32,000 bases of DNA from Edaphobacter aggregans (GCF_003945235.1 NZ_RSDW01000001.1:4710001-4742000); one strand, 5' to 3'; counted from the stretch's first letter, positions 1 to 9,112 are shown. Notes: a model not told the origin generated them from the letters alone. Translations and numbers: made by a program.

Positions 1-366
1 TGGCAAAAGATTCGCACCGAGGAGATGTTGCGTGCGCATCTTGAAGGCGAGATCAGAATTGCGGACCTTGCAACCGCCTGTCAGCTCTCCCCGAGTCACT
101 TCTCTCGTTGCTTTCGCCAGAGCTTTGGCACTTCAGTTCATCAATGGCTCATCAAGCTTCGAATCGACACGGCGAAGAATCTGCTTCGCGAACCCCAACT
201 GAGCCTGGCAGAGGTGGGATTTCGGTCGGGATTCTGCGATCAGGCTGCCTTCACACGCGCGTTTACCACGCTCGAAGGGACAACGCCGTTTCGCTGGCGC
301 AAACTGAACGGTCGTGGCGCGGTTGCTACTGACCACCTTGTCTATGGTGAGTTGCGCTCTCGCTAG
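1..366 (+). CDS. AraC family transcriptional regulator, C-terminal HTH domain; 5' end lies outside the window
   Basis: The frame is open from base 1. The translation (IADLATACQLSPSHFSRCFRQSFGTSVHQWLIKLRIDTAKNLL...GFCDQAAFTRAFTTLEGTTPFRWRK) is the classic two-HTH AraC/XylS C-terminal domain. Confidence 0.85.
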   Translation, partial: WQKIRTEEMLRAHLEGEIRIADLATACQLSPSHFSRCFRQSFGTSVHQWLIKLRIDTAKNLLREPQLSLAEVGFRSGFCDQAAFTRAFTTLEGTTPFRWRKLNGRGAVATDHLVYGELRSR

Positions 367-952
367 TCGCTTCTATAGAAGCAACGATCCGCTTCACCGA
401 GAACTGTGCTTTTCTGTCCGCGTCCGGGTCCCGAAGAGAATGGCTGGAGACATGGTGGCTCAGATAGATCCCGAGCAAGTCCCACGCCAGCTGGGTGACG
501 TCGGTATCCTGCAATAAGTGTCGCTTGTCGATCGCATCACGGATCAACATAATCAGGGTCTGCCGCCAGACCGATTCCGCCGCAGCGGCAGCCTCTCGAA
601 CAGATCCCGGCAAGAAACTCAACTCAACAATTGCTTGAGCGATCGGACAACTACCCGGCAGTCCTGCCCTCCTCGTCCATCCGATCCATACATTTAGGTA
701 GCGAATCAGCGACGGCAACCCGCCTCCAATGCCAGTGTCGACTCCGAGGCAGGTACGGCTCCAAAGGTCCAATGCAACATCAAGAATGGATCGCTTTAGG
801 TCGACCAAATGCGGAAAATGCGCGACGACGCCACCCTTTGACAGGCTCGCGCGTCCGGCAACCGAACCAAAGGTGATCCTGCAGAGCCCCTCTGCGCTTG
901 CCAAATCAAGTCCTACCCGAAGAATGCGGGTTCTAGTTACTTGACCAGACAC
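326..952 (-). CDS. TetR/AcrR family transcriptional regulator
   Basis: 208-aa ORF. The N-terminus (TRTRILRVGLDLASAEGLCRITFGSVAGRASLSKGGVVAHFPHLVDL) has the TetR HTH pattern. Its 3' end overlaps the convergent AraC gene by 41 nt. Confidence 0.7.
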   Translation of the reverse strand: MSGQVTRTRILRVGLDLASAEGLCRITFGSVAGRASLSKGGVVAHFPHLVDLKRSILDVALDLWSRTCLGVDTGIGGGLPSLIRYLNVWIGWTRRAGLPGSCPIAQAIVELSFLPGSVREAAAAAESVWRQTLIMLIRDAIDKRHLLQDTDVTQLAWDLLGIYLSHHVSSHSLRDPDADRKAQFSVKRIVASIEATSESATHHRQGGQ

Positions 953-1190
953 TGATCGTCCTCTACTTGTCCTCTACAAAAGCCCTTCTCATTCCCGACG
1001 AGGTAAGCTACGCCGCCAGACGACTTCGAGAGGCATAGTACGCGGTACACCATCTCGGAGGATTGCTGATATCCGTCCTATTTGTCGATTCGGACTCCGT
1101 TTTCGAGTCCAAACGCAGCGCGTTAATCAGTGAAAGGACCATAAATCCTGCTCAGCACCAGCATTTCTGGGAGCTATCTCATTCAACCAT

Positions 1191-1213
1191 GGTCATTTTG
1201 TACAAGAATGACC
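1191..1213. promoter_or_regulatory. Inverted repeat GGTCATT-N9-AATGACC upstream of the AraC gene; candidate regulator binding site
   Basis: Perfect 7-bp arms read directly, with the palindrome TTGTACAA in the spacer. It lies about 95 bp upstream of the ATG at 1308. Confidence 0.25.
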
Positions 1214-1307
1214 GTTCTTTTTGGCGCTACGCTACACTCCGGCGCAATTCGACGTCCACATTGTTCCCTGTAATTCGACAAGGGCACTTGCCGCAACAGA
1301 GCTATCC

Positions 1308-2291
1308 ATGACTACATCATCGAACTCAGCAAACGCTTACGGTGCGCAGATGGCGAAGTATTTCACCATGAACCAACCGCCCCATGTTGCCATCGATTCT
1401 GTGGTTTCCGTCGTCCGGCCGCAACTGGCGATCACCCGGCTGATTGCACGGAGCGGCATCCCGGAACGAACTGCATCCATCCCATCTGAAAAGGCCTACG
1501 TTGTTTCGGTCCATCTCAATCATGCGAATTCCGGGGAATGGGAACTGTGGACCGATGACAAGTACACAAAGACGGGGGCGTGGCCAGTCGGCGGAGTCGC
1601 AATGTGCGACCTGGAGTCAAATTCGAGTATTCGAAATCCGGGCCCGATCGATTGGATTCATTACCATGTTCCGCGTGCAACTTTGGATTCTCTTTCGGAC
1701 GATGCTGGAGTGCCTAGAGCCAAGCGCCTCTACTGCGTTTATGGAACTCCCGACCCCACGCTCCATCACCTAACGCAAACGATTTTGCCGTGCCTAAATA
1801 GGCCGGAGATGTTCTCTCAGTTGTTCATGGATTCTTTTACCTTGATGATCTGTTCGCACCTTGTTGGTCGCTACGCTCAAACTCACGAAGCCTTCCCGCG
1901 ATTCAAGGGCGGTCTGGCGCCGTGGCAAAGTCGTCGCGTTGTGGATTTGTTCCATGAGCACTTGGACGGCGACATAAAACTGGAAACACTTGCCGATGAA
2001 TGTGGGCTTTCCGTCAGCCATTTTGCGCGATCATTCAGGAGATCGTTTGGGACCTCCGCACATCGCTACCTGATTCTGAAGCGCGTCGAGATCGCAAAGG
2101 CCCTTTTGTCGGAAACGAATTACTCGTTGGTGGACGTTGCCGCGCAGACTGGATTTTCAGATCAAGCCGCGCTTACCCGGGCGTTTGCAAATGTCGTCGG
2201 TGCGACTCCCGCAAAGTGGAGGCGTGAACACTCACGTCGCAGGAGTTTTGTCGAAATACCCAAAGACCAATTCCTTCAACCTCACGAATAG
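1308..2291 (+). CDS. AraC family transcriptional regulator
   Basis: The C-terminus (LADECGLSVSHFARSFRRSFGTSAHRYLILKRVEIAKALL...GFSDQAALTRAFANVVGATPAKWRRE) is an AraC HTH domain, paralogous to the partial gene at 1-366. I placed the start at the first ATG (MTTSSN) rather than the track's non-ATG start at 1221. Confidence 0.8.
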   Translation: MTTSSNSANAYGAQMAKYFTMNQPPHVAIDSVVSVVRPQLAITRLIARSGIPERTASIPSEKAYVVSVHLNHANSGEWELWTDDKYTKTGAWPVGGVAMCDLESNSSIRNPGPIDWIHYHVPRATLDSLSDDAGVPRAKRLYCVYGTPDPTLHHLTQTILPCLNRPEMFSQLFMDSFTLMICSHLVGRYAQTHEAFPRFKGGLAPWQSRRVVDLFHEHLDGDIKLETLADECGLSVSHFARSFRRSFGTSAHRYLILKRVEIAKALLSETNYSLVDVAAQTGFSDQAALTRAFANVVGATPAKWRREHSRRRSFVEIPKDQFLQPHE

Positions 2292-2635
2292 ATCCCATCC
2301 CCAAGTTCAGCGGTCCAGGGCGGTGTTGCCCGGAATCGTCTCTAGACGCGAAATCGTCCCAGATTTGAGATTCGGCTAGAGTTCCCGCGTTGAACACGAG
2401 CCCGCAGTCGTCTTTTCGGCCGCCTTCACTCCGCATTTGAGCAGGATTCGACAAAAGTGGTTCATGTTTTCAAGAGTACCGTGCTCGTTCCTGACTATGG
2501 TTGGTCGTAAGTTCAAGGCTCGACAGCATTACAGCCCACTAAGATCTACACGAAAGAAGGGCGGTTTAGCGGGACGGCGTTCGACATCGAAAATCAACTG
2601 ATCCGAGTGGATCTCTAACGCAAAGGAGATTGGTC

Positions 2636-3325
2636 ATGACACAGCATATTAAGAACGTGGTCCTGGTGCATGGAGCTTTCGCCGACGGCTCCGGCTGGAA
2701 GAGGGTCGCGGACATCCTCAAGAATGATGGCTACAAGGTGTCGGTGGTGCAGCACCCCGAGACTTCCTACGCCGACGACCAAAAGTACACGAAGGCCGCA
2801 ATCGACGCCATGGGCGGCCCGGTCGTCCTGGTCGGACACAGCTACGGTGGGTCTGTTATCACCGAGGCCGGCAATCATCCGAACGTTGCAGCGCTTGTTT
2901 ATATTGCCGCTTTTGCGCTCGATGAAGGTGAGAGCTGTGCGTCGATCGAAACGGCTGTGCCGCAAGCCTCCAAGGCGTTCTACGCCGACAGCAACGGGCT
3001 TTGGTGGATCGACCACGCGCATTTCGTGGCTGACTTCGCAGCTGACATCCCACGGGATGAGGCGGAGTTCATGGCTATAGCACAAGTGCCGATTTCTACT
3101 GACGCGTTCACCCATCAGGTCAAGAATCCCGCTTGGAAGCACAAGCCCACCTGGTACATGGTGGCGACCGAAGACCGATCAATCAATCCGGAACAGGAGC
3201 GCATGATGGCGAAGCGCGCCAAGGCCAAGACGGTCGAAGTGAAGTCGAGCCATGTGGCCTACATGTCTCATCCAAAAGAAGCAGCCAAGCTCATCGGAGA
3301 GGCTGCCACTTCCGTCAATGAGTAG
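2636..3325 (+). CDS. alpha/beta fold hydrolase (esterase-like)
   Basis: VVLVHGAFADGSGW at the N-terminus, nucleophile elbow GHSYGG, and a C-terminal SSHVAYMSHP histidine region. AAGGAG lies 7 nt upstream of the ATG at 2636. Confidence 0.85.
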   Translation: MTQHIKNVVLVHGAFADGSGWKRVADILKNDGYKVSVVQHPETSYADDQKYTKAAIDAMGGPVVLVGHSYGGSVITEAGNHPNVAALVYIAAFALDEGESCASIETAVPQASKAFYADSNGLWWIDHAHFVADFAADIPRDEAEFMAIAQVPISTDAFTHQVKNPAWKHKPTWYMVATEDRSINPEQERMMAKRAKAKTVEVKSSHVAYMSHPKEAAKLIGEAATSVNE

Positions 3326-3347
3326 CCACATGCTTGCAGACAAAATG

Positions 3348-3380
3348 ATCTCCGCCGATCCGATTCCGGTCGGCGGAGAT
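3348..3380 (+). terminator. Strong stem-loop just after the hydrolase stop codon; possible terminator or attenuator without a U-tract
   Basis: ATCTCCGCCGA...TCGGCGGAGAT has 11 perfect bp, extendable to about 13 bp. It starts 23 nt after the stop codon. The following sequence (TCTGTAGGG) is not T-rich. Confidence 0.4.
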
Positions 3381-3413
3381 TCTGTAGGGACGTAGCCGTC
3401 GTAGGAGAGCGAA

Positions 3414-4112
3414 ATGATGGACCACATCACCGTGAAAGGACAGGGCGGCACGTTCAACGCGTATATCGCAAGCCCGAAGGCCTCGCCGGCTTCGGCTGTT
3501 GTCGTTCTGCAGGAACTGTTCGGTGTGAATGCCGACATTCGCAGGCACTGCGATGAATTGGCTGAGCAAGGCTACCTCTCGGTCGCTCCAGACCTGTACT
3601 GGCGGCAGGAGCCGGGCGTCGACCTGAACGTCACCTCCCAAGCCGACTGGGACCACGGCCTTCGCCTCTATCAGGCCTATGACAGAGATGCCGGCGTAAA
3701 GGACATCAAAGAAACCATCGATGCCGTACGCAGTCTCCCGGAATGCAACGGCAAGGTTGCCTTGCTCGGCTATTGCCTCGGAGCGCTAATGGTCTTCATG
3801 ACAGCTGTGCAGAACGACGGCATCGATGCCGCGGTCTGGTATCACGGCGCTGATACTGACAAATACCTGGGAGAGGTCGATGGGCTTCGTGCGCCCATTC
3901 TCGCGCATCTGGCCGAAGAGGACGAGTTCATCTCCAAGGCTGCACAAGCGGCGATTAGGGAGGCACTTGCTAAGAGGCCAAATGCGACGGTGTACAGCTA
4001 CCCGGGGCAGTGTCATGCTTTCTCCCGCCATACCGGAAAACATTACAACGCCGCCGCAGCCCACCTTGCCAATAGTCGGACGAGCGAATTCCTCAATCGC
4101 CAGCTGCGGTGA
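3414..4112 (+). CDS. dienelactone hydrolase family protein (carboxymethylenebutenolidase-like)
   Basis: VVVLQELFGVN motif, Cys nucleophile motif LLGYCLGA, and a C-terminal GQCHAF histidine motif. AGGAGAG lies upstream of the ATG. Confidence 0.85.
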   Translation: MMDHITVKGQGGTFNAYIASPKASPASAVVVLQELFGVNADIRRHCDELAEQGYLSVAPDLYWRQEPGVDLNVTSQADWDHGLRLYQAYDRDAGVKDIKETIDAVRSLPECNGKVALLGYCLGALMVFMTAVQNDGIDAAVWYHGADTDKYLGEVDGLRAPILAHLAEEDEFISKAAQAAIREALAKRPNATVYSYPGQCHAFSRHTGKHYNAAAAHLANSRTSEFLNRQLR

Positions 4113-4150
4113 TTACCTGATTTTTAAGCGAGCAATGGAAGGGAACAAGA

Positions 4151-4639
4151 ATGATCAGAAAAATAGAAATGGAGCGATTTACAGTGACCTCCTCGAAACC
4201 ATTCGACGTCGTTGTTGCGGGCATCAAGGCATCGGTCGGTCACCCAAATATGGCGTCGCTCTGGCAAGCAGTGCAGCGAGCGACAACCGGCACCGAGCTA
4301 GACGCGGCAATACAACCCACCCTGGGCAAGACCGGTCTGATGCAATTCGTCGAGTTCGATCACGGGATGGTCATTCGCAAGGGCACAGAGCATCGCACAT
4401 CCAAAATGGTTCGTATGGTCATCGGAAATCCTCTCATCATGAAGGAAATGGCGAAGCGCGTTCCGGACGCCGGCTCTTATGCGCCGGTCACTGTCCTCGT
4501 GGATGAGCGAGTTGATGGGGTGCATATTTCGTATGACCGGATGGCCAGCCTCTTGGCTCCTTACGGGGACGAGAATGCGTTAAGCGTGGCTCGCGACTTG
4601 GACGCCAAAGTCGAAGACGTGTTGAGACAAGCAGTATGA
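4151..4639 (+). CDS. DUF302-like small protein
   Basis: 162-aa ORF whose length and pattern (FDVVVAGIKASV...GNPLIMKEMAKRVPDAGSYAPVTVLV) resemble DUF302. This is family recognition by eye only. An alternative start is at 4169. Confidence 0.55.
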   Translation: MIRKIEMERFTVTSSKPFDVVVAGIKASVGHPNMASLWQAVQRATTGTELDAAIQPTLGKTGLMQFVEFDHGMVIRKGTEHRTSKMVRMVIGNPLIMKEMAKRVPDAGSYAPVTVLVDERVDGVHISYDRMASLLAPYGDENALSVARDLDAKVEDVLRQAV

Positions 4640-4745
4640 GATGGAGTCAGAGGACTCCAATAGCCTTGGCGCTCATGCGTTCTCATGAACGCTAAGAAGA
4701 TCACAGACCCGGCCCGCTCGTTCGAAGACTAGAGGAGGAGCATTC

Positions 4746-5597
4746 ATGTCAAAATCCACTGCAACGCCGATACGTGTGATCGAGGAAACGCCTAACTACT
4801 GGAGAGCCGAATTCGACTATCCGCCCTTCAACGTGGTTGATGGCGATGTCTTTCAAGCGCTTCAGGACCTCCTCATCCGGATGGAGACGAGCGAGAGTCT
4901 GCGGGTGATCGTTTTCGAGAGTGCGCTCCCCGACTTTTATCTGTCGCATTTCGATCTGACCGGGAAGCTCGGCAATGTCATGACGGGGATAGGGCCTTCG
5001 GGCTTGCCCATACTGATGGATACGTTTGTGCGGCTGACAAAAGTGCCCGTAGTCAGCCTGGCAAAGATCAGAGGCTGCGTGCGTGGCGTCAGCAGCGAGT
5101 TCGTTCTTGCGTGCGATATGCGTTTCGCCTCGCGGGAGAATCTGAAACTGGGTCATCCCGAACTTGGGGTCGGGCTGCATCCAGGCGGCGGAGGCACCGA
5201 GCGACTTCCCCATCTGGTCGGACGCGGGCGAGCGCTTGAAATCGTTCTCAGTGCCAACGACTTCGATGGTGAATGGGCCGAACGATACGGCTATGTAAAC
5301 CGTTCACTGCCGGACGCTGAGTTGGACAGCTTCGTCGATGCCCTCGCGCGCCGGATCAGCTCTTTCGATAAGCCAGCTCTCGCTGCCGCCAAGAACCTCG
5401 TCAATGAAGTCTCGTTGCCCGAAGCTGATCGGCTCCTCGCGGCGTTCACGTCGTTTGGCACGGCACTTGGCTGGCCGGCTGCTCAGAAACGTGTCGGAGC
5501 TGTGTTGGAGCGCGGGCTTCAACGTGATACCGATTATGAGAAGAATTGGCCAGATAGCCTCGGTGCCCTGTCGGACCGAAGAATTGAGGAAGGGTGA
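4746..5597 (+). CDS. enoyl-CoA hydratase/isomerase (crotonase) family protein
   Basis: 283-aa ORF with crotonase-like segments (VIVFESALPDFYLSHFDL, ACDMRFASRE..LGHPELGVGLHPGGGGTERL). GAGGAGGAG lies upstream of the ATG. Confidence 0.75.
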   Translation: MSKSTATPIRVIEETPNYWRAEFDYPPFNVVDGDVFQALQDLLIRMETSESLRVIVFESALPDFYLSHFDLTGKLGNVMTGIGPSGLPILMDTFVRLTKVPVVSLAKIRGCVRGVSSEFVLACDMRFASRENLKLGHPELGVGLHPGGGGTERLPHLVGRGRALEIVLSANDFDGEWAERYGYVNRSLPDAELDSFVDALARRISSFDKPALAAAKNLVNEVSLPEADRLLAAFTSFGTALGWPAAQKRVGAVLERGLQRDTDYEKNWPDSLGALSDRRIEEG

Positions 5598-6451
5598 TGA
5601 GTGATCGATTGCAGTGGGAGGTTTTCGTCAGCGGTCAGATCCCGATCGTGACCGATGACCTTGCGCCAGGCGCCACCGAAATGAAATGGTCGCCTATTTC
5701 TTCCACGCTTATTTCGGGCGAACGGGATGCGGCGCTCGTCGACACCGCCATTACGGTCCAGCAAAACCAGAAAATCGCTGATTGGGTCGTGAGCACTGGC
5801 AAGAATCTGACGACCATCTACGCGACCCATGGTCATGGCGACCATTTCTTTGGTGTGAACACAATCCAGAAGCGGTTCCCCAAAGCACGTTTCGTTGCGA
5901 GACGGGAGGCTATCGATGTCATGCGCGTGCAGGCATCGGCTGCAGTCGTCGAAGCCTATTGGAAACCGCGATTTCCGGGACAAATCGATTCGACGCTTGT
6001 GATCGCCGATGACCTGAAGGGCGGCATCTTTGAGTTGGAGGGACACCAGTTCATTAGCATCCCTCTCGGACACGCCGATACGGACCACACCACGTGCCTC
6101 CACGTTCCGTCGATTGACCTGGCTGTTTGCGGCGATGCGCTCTACAACGATGTCCATCTTCATTTGGGTGAATCGGACGCCGACGGCCGCAAGGACTGGA
6201 TCGCGGCACTCGACACCATTGAGTCGCTGAGGCCGGTGGCCGCGATTGCAGGACACAAGAGACCGGGCGCACCCGACGCACCGGACAATATCGAGGCCAC
6301 CGGAAAATATATCCGCGATTTCGACCGGATTGCATCCCAGACCAAAACCGCGCGCGAACTCTATGACGAGATGCTTGCGATTTATCCCAACCGTGTAAAC
6401 CCGGCTGTCTTGTGGCTTTCGGCGAAGACCGTAAAGCCGGGTAGCAAGTAA
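5597..6451 (+). CDS. MBL-fold metallo-hydrolase
   Basis: HxHxDH motif (ATHGHGDHFFG). The start ATG overlaps the crotonase TGA (TGATG), suggesting translational coupling. A GTG at 5594 is also possible. Confidence 0.85.
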   Translation: MSDRLQWEVFVSGQIPIVTDDLAPGATEMKWSPISSTLISGERDAALVDTAITVQQNQKIADWVVSTGKNLTTIYATHGHGDHFFGVNTIQKRFPKARFVARREAIDVMRVQASAAVVEAYWKPRFPGQIDSTLVIADDLKGGIFELEGHQFISIPLGHADTDHTTCLHVPSIDLAVCGDALYNDVHLHLGESDADGRKDWIAALDTIESLRPVAAIAGHKRPGAPDAPDNIEATGKYIRDFDRIASQTKTARELYDEMLAIYPNRVNPAVLWLSAKTVKPGSK

Positions 6452-6462
6452 GAATCCGTACG

Positions 6463-6681
6463 ATGTGGCAAGGGAGAACGATTAGGAAAGAGAGGCGAAC
6501 GGTGACATCCACACCCGAACCGAATGAAGAGCCACGCTTATCCGAAATGGATGCAGCCATTTCGGAGCGGCATGTAAAGATTCAAACGCGCGCTTACGAA
6601 CTCTATCTGGAACGTGGAGACGGGCCGGGAAGCCAGTTCGATGATTGGCTAAAAGCAGAGTTGGAAATCGACAGCGAATGA
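6463..6681 (+). CDS. DUF2934 domain small protein
   Basis: The C-terminal RAYELYLERGDGPGSQFDDWLKAELEI matches the DUF2934 pattern. The start is uncertain (ATG 6463, GTG near 6502, or ATG 6547). Confidence 0.6.
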   Translation: MWQGRTIRKERRTVTSTPEPNEEPRLSEMDAAISERHVKIQTRAYELYLERGDGPGSQFDDWLKAELEIDSE

Positions 6682-6766
6682 TTTCTCAGGATGGTGTCTG
6701 ACGGCACGGTCGTCCATCTGGTTGATAACCCGGTTTCGGACCAACAGAAACATAGAGGCCCAGGAA

Positions 6767-7520
6767 ATGATAACGATCAATCTCGCAGACAAGGTCGCCG
6801 CAGTGACGGGCGGCAGCAGCGGAATTGGATTTGCCGCTGCCAGCGCTCTGGCCGAAGCAGGAGCTCATGTTTATGTCATGAGCCGGCGCCCAGAAGAACT
6901 CATCTCAGCCGTCGCGAAGATTGGACCGAACGCAACTGGCGTGCAGGGTGATGTTTCGTCCCAGCCTGACCTCGATCGTCTTTACGCTCAAATCAAGACA
7001 GAGAAGGGTAAGCTCGATGTCTTGATGGCCAATGCGGGCATAGCCAAATATGCGCCGATCGGGTCGATCACCGAGGAGCTCTACGACACCCTCTTCGACA
7101 CGAACGTCAAAGGGCTCGTGTTCACAGTCCAGAAGGCACTGCCATTGATGTCCGAGGGGATCGATCATTCTCACGGCCTCGGTGGTTGGGAGCAAGGGCT
7201 TACCCTCAAACAGTATCTACAGCGCCACAAAGGCCGCCGTTCGCTCTTTCGCGCGGACTTGGACGACAGACCTAATGGATCGGGGGATTCGCGTAAATGC
7301 AATCAGCCCTGGCACCATCGACACCCCAGGTCTGGAACGTCTATTTGCGGCTGGCGGAGCCGGCGAACAACGTCGGAAGTCGGTTGCGACCACGATCCCT
7401 ATGGGACGATTGGGCAAGCCGGAGGAGGTCGCTAAGGCGGTAGTGTTCCTCGCTTCAGACAACAGCAGCTTCATCACCGGAACTGAAGTGTTCGTCGACG
7501 GCGGTTTCGCACAGGTCTAG
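6767..7520 (+). pseudogene. short-chain dehydrogenase/reductase (SDR) interrupted by a frameshift at a G-run near 7156-7160
   Basis: Frame A gives TGGSSGIG...NAG...LPLMSEG and then nonsense. Frame B from 7158 reads GSIILTASVVGSKGLPSNSIYSATKAAV...FVDGGFAQV, the rest of a normal SDR. The two track ORFs 6722-7435 and 7182-7520 are the two halves. Confidence 0.8.
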
Positions 7521-7574
7521 GCGTCAAAGTCAGCTCCGAAAAAACAAAGAAAGCCCATGCCAACAAAGGCTGAA

Positions 7575-8129
7575 TTAGAGACTGCGAAGAGCGGTCATGA
7601 AGTTTTCGACCTTGCGGGCCGACGAGGATCTGCCGGATTTCAGATTGCGCTCAATGCAAAGCCCAGAAAAAAAGGACAGGACCATCTCCGCAATGGCAGA
7701 TGGGGCCATCCTGGGTTTCTCCGCTTTGATATTCAACGCGAGGAGTTGCAGCAGCAAGACTCGATTCCCGGCAATGGCCCCGTAAGCCTCCTCCGGAAGG
7801 ATGGCAAATTCCCGCATCGAGTTGATGGCGAAACATCCCTGCTTTTCCCCCTTGTTAAGGGGACCACTTTTGAGAAACATTTCGATGTTCTTCCAGCCAA
7901 GAGGTTCTTTGGTGAGTAGTCCTCGCTTGTCCTGGCTCTCAAGATAGTGTCGAAGGCACGCCAGAAAGAGGTCTTCCTTGTCCCGGAACTCTGTATAAAG
8001 GCCTGATTTATTTACACCCGTGGCCCGTTCCAGATCCTGGAGGCTCGCATCCGCAAACCCATGCTTCCAGAAGACAGGCATCGCCTTCTCCAGCACTTCC
8101 TCCCGGCTAAAGTTCTTCGGACGCCCCAT
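7575..8129 (-). CDS. TetR/AcrR family transcriptional regulator
   Basis: MGRPKNFSREEVLEKAMPVFWKHGFADASLQDLERATGVNKSGLYTEFRDKEDLF is a TetR N-terminal HTH. The gene is divergent from the SDR gene at 8289. Confidence 0.85.
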   Translation of the reverse strand: MGRPKNFSREEVLEKAMPVFWKHGFADASLQDLERATGVNKSGLYTEFRDKEDLFLACLRHYLESQDKRGLLTKEPLGWKNIEMFLKSGPLNKGEKQGCFAINSMREFAILPEEAYGAIAGNRVLLLQLLALNIKAEKPRMAPSAIAEMVLSFFSGLCIERNLKSGRSSSARKVENFMTALRSL

Positions 8130-8148
8130 ACTCTCATTCTCCTATAAA

Positions 8149-8215
8149 GAACTAAATAGTTCAATATTTCTGCATCCTCACCATGCTGCTGACATCGTAT
8201 AAAACTAAACGGTTC
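8149..8215. promoter_or_regulatory. Two related operator-like sites in the TetR/SDR divergent intergenic region
   Basis: The perfect palindrome GAACTA-AA-TAGTTC (8149-8162) and the related AAACTAAACGGTTC (8202-8215) each follow TATAAA. Their centres are 53 bp apart. Confidence 0.5.
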
Positions 8216-8288
8216 AGAACGGCTGGCCCGCGAGGCTAAAGGCCGACGGATCGCACGTAAATTGATTCAGGAAACTTGAGGGAGATCT

Positions 8289-9029
8289 ATGTCAAAGTTG
8301 GCAAACAAAGTAGCACTCGTAACGGGCGGTTCCCGGGGTATTGGTGCAGCGATTGCAAAGCGGTTGGCTGCGGATGGAGCAAGCGTGGCTATCACGTATG
8401 CGAAGGATACGAGCGCGGCTTCGGCTGTGGTCAAAGCGATTGAACTCGGTGGAGGAAAAGCTGTCGCGATCCAGGCGGACGCTGCCGACGCCCAAGCCGT
8501 TAGGGGTGCGGTCGAAAAGGCTGTTGCGACTTTCGGCCGGCTTGACGTGCTGGTGAACAATGCCGGCACAGCCATTCCGAAGCCTTTCGAGGAGGCAACG
8601 CTGGAAGAGATGGACCGAGTGCTCGACATCAACATCCGCGGCATATTCGCCGCCACGCAGGCGGCACTGAAGCACATGAAGGACGGCGGTCGCATCGTTA
8701 TGATCGGTTCGGCAGTGGGAGAACGTGCTGTTGCGCCCGGTCTTGTGCCCTATGCGGCCACGAAGGGAGCCGTCAAGATGTTCACTCAGGCGCTGTCCAG
8801 AGAGGTTGGGAGCCGGGGCATCACGGTCAACAACGTTCAGCCAGGTCCGATCGACACGGATTTGAATCCCGCGTCAGGTGATTGGGCGGTGCCGCAGAAA
8901 GCTGCCACGGCGCTCGACCGCTATGGGCACGTTGAGGAGATCGCCTCAATGGTGGCGTTCATCGCCGGTCCTGAATCCTCATACATCACCGGAGCTAACC
9001 TCACGGTTGATGGCGGGATGAACGCCTGA
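8289..9029 (+). CDS. SDR family oxidoreductase (FabG-like)
   Basis: TGGSRGIG, NNAG and YAATKGA motifs. GAGGGAG lies upstream of the ATG. Confidence 0.9.
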   Translation: MSKLANKVALVTGGSRGIGAAIAKRLAADGASVAITYAKDTSAASAVVKAIELGGGKAVAIQADAADAQAVRGAVEKAVATFGRLDVLVNNAGTAIPKPFEEATLEEMDRVLDINIRGIFAATQAALKHMKDGGRIVMIGSAVGERAVAPGLVPYAATKGAVKMFTQALSREVGSRGITVNNVQPGPIDTDLNPASGDWAVPQKAATALDRYGHVEEIASMVAFIAGPESSYITGANLTVDGGMNA

Positions 9030-9056
9030 CGCGTCACGCGCATTGGGGCCATAGAC

Positions 9057-9090
9057 GCAACCAGATATGTCTCGCTGCATATCTGGTTGC
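9057..9090 (+). terminator. Perfect 13-bp stem / 8-nt loop hairpin between two SDR genes
   Basis: GCAACCAGATATG-tctcgctg-CATATCTGGTTGC read directly. It is followed by TCACCTTC, with no U-tract. Confidence 0.4.
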
Positions 9091-9112
9091 TCACCTTCAA
9101 GTGGAGAGGACA

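Noticed and set aside
959-977. A direct repeat TCCTCTAC-TTG-TCCTCTAC next to the TetR start at 952.
   Set aside because: There are only two 8-mers with no dyad symmetry. It may simply contain the complement of the TetR gene's RBS region and is too weak to call a site.
3826-4506. A 226-aa plus-strand ORF spanning the dienelactone hydrolase 3' end and the DUF302 gene.
   Set aside because: It is out of frame with two better-supported genes, and its Arg/Ser/Gly-rich translation has no motifs.
4643-4658. A small hairpin GGAGTC-agag-GACTCC after the DUF302 gene.
   Set aside because: The stem is only 6 bp with no U-tract, which is too weak to call a terminator.
5534-6256. A 240-aa minus-strand ORF.
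   Set aside because: It is entirely antisense to the well-supported MBL hydrolase gene (HxHxDH motif) and has an Arg-rich translation typical of antisense frames in GC-rich DNA.
7150-7165. Possibility that the SDR frameshift is programmed ribosomal frameshifting.
   Set aside because: There is no X-XXY-YYZ slippery heptamer and no obvious downstream stimulatory structure. A homopolymer indel (mutation or sequencing error) is the simpler explanation.
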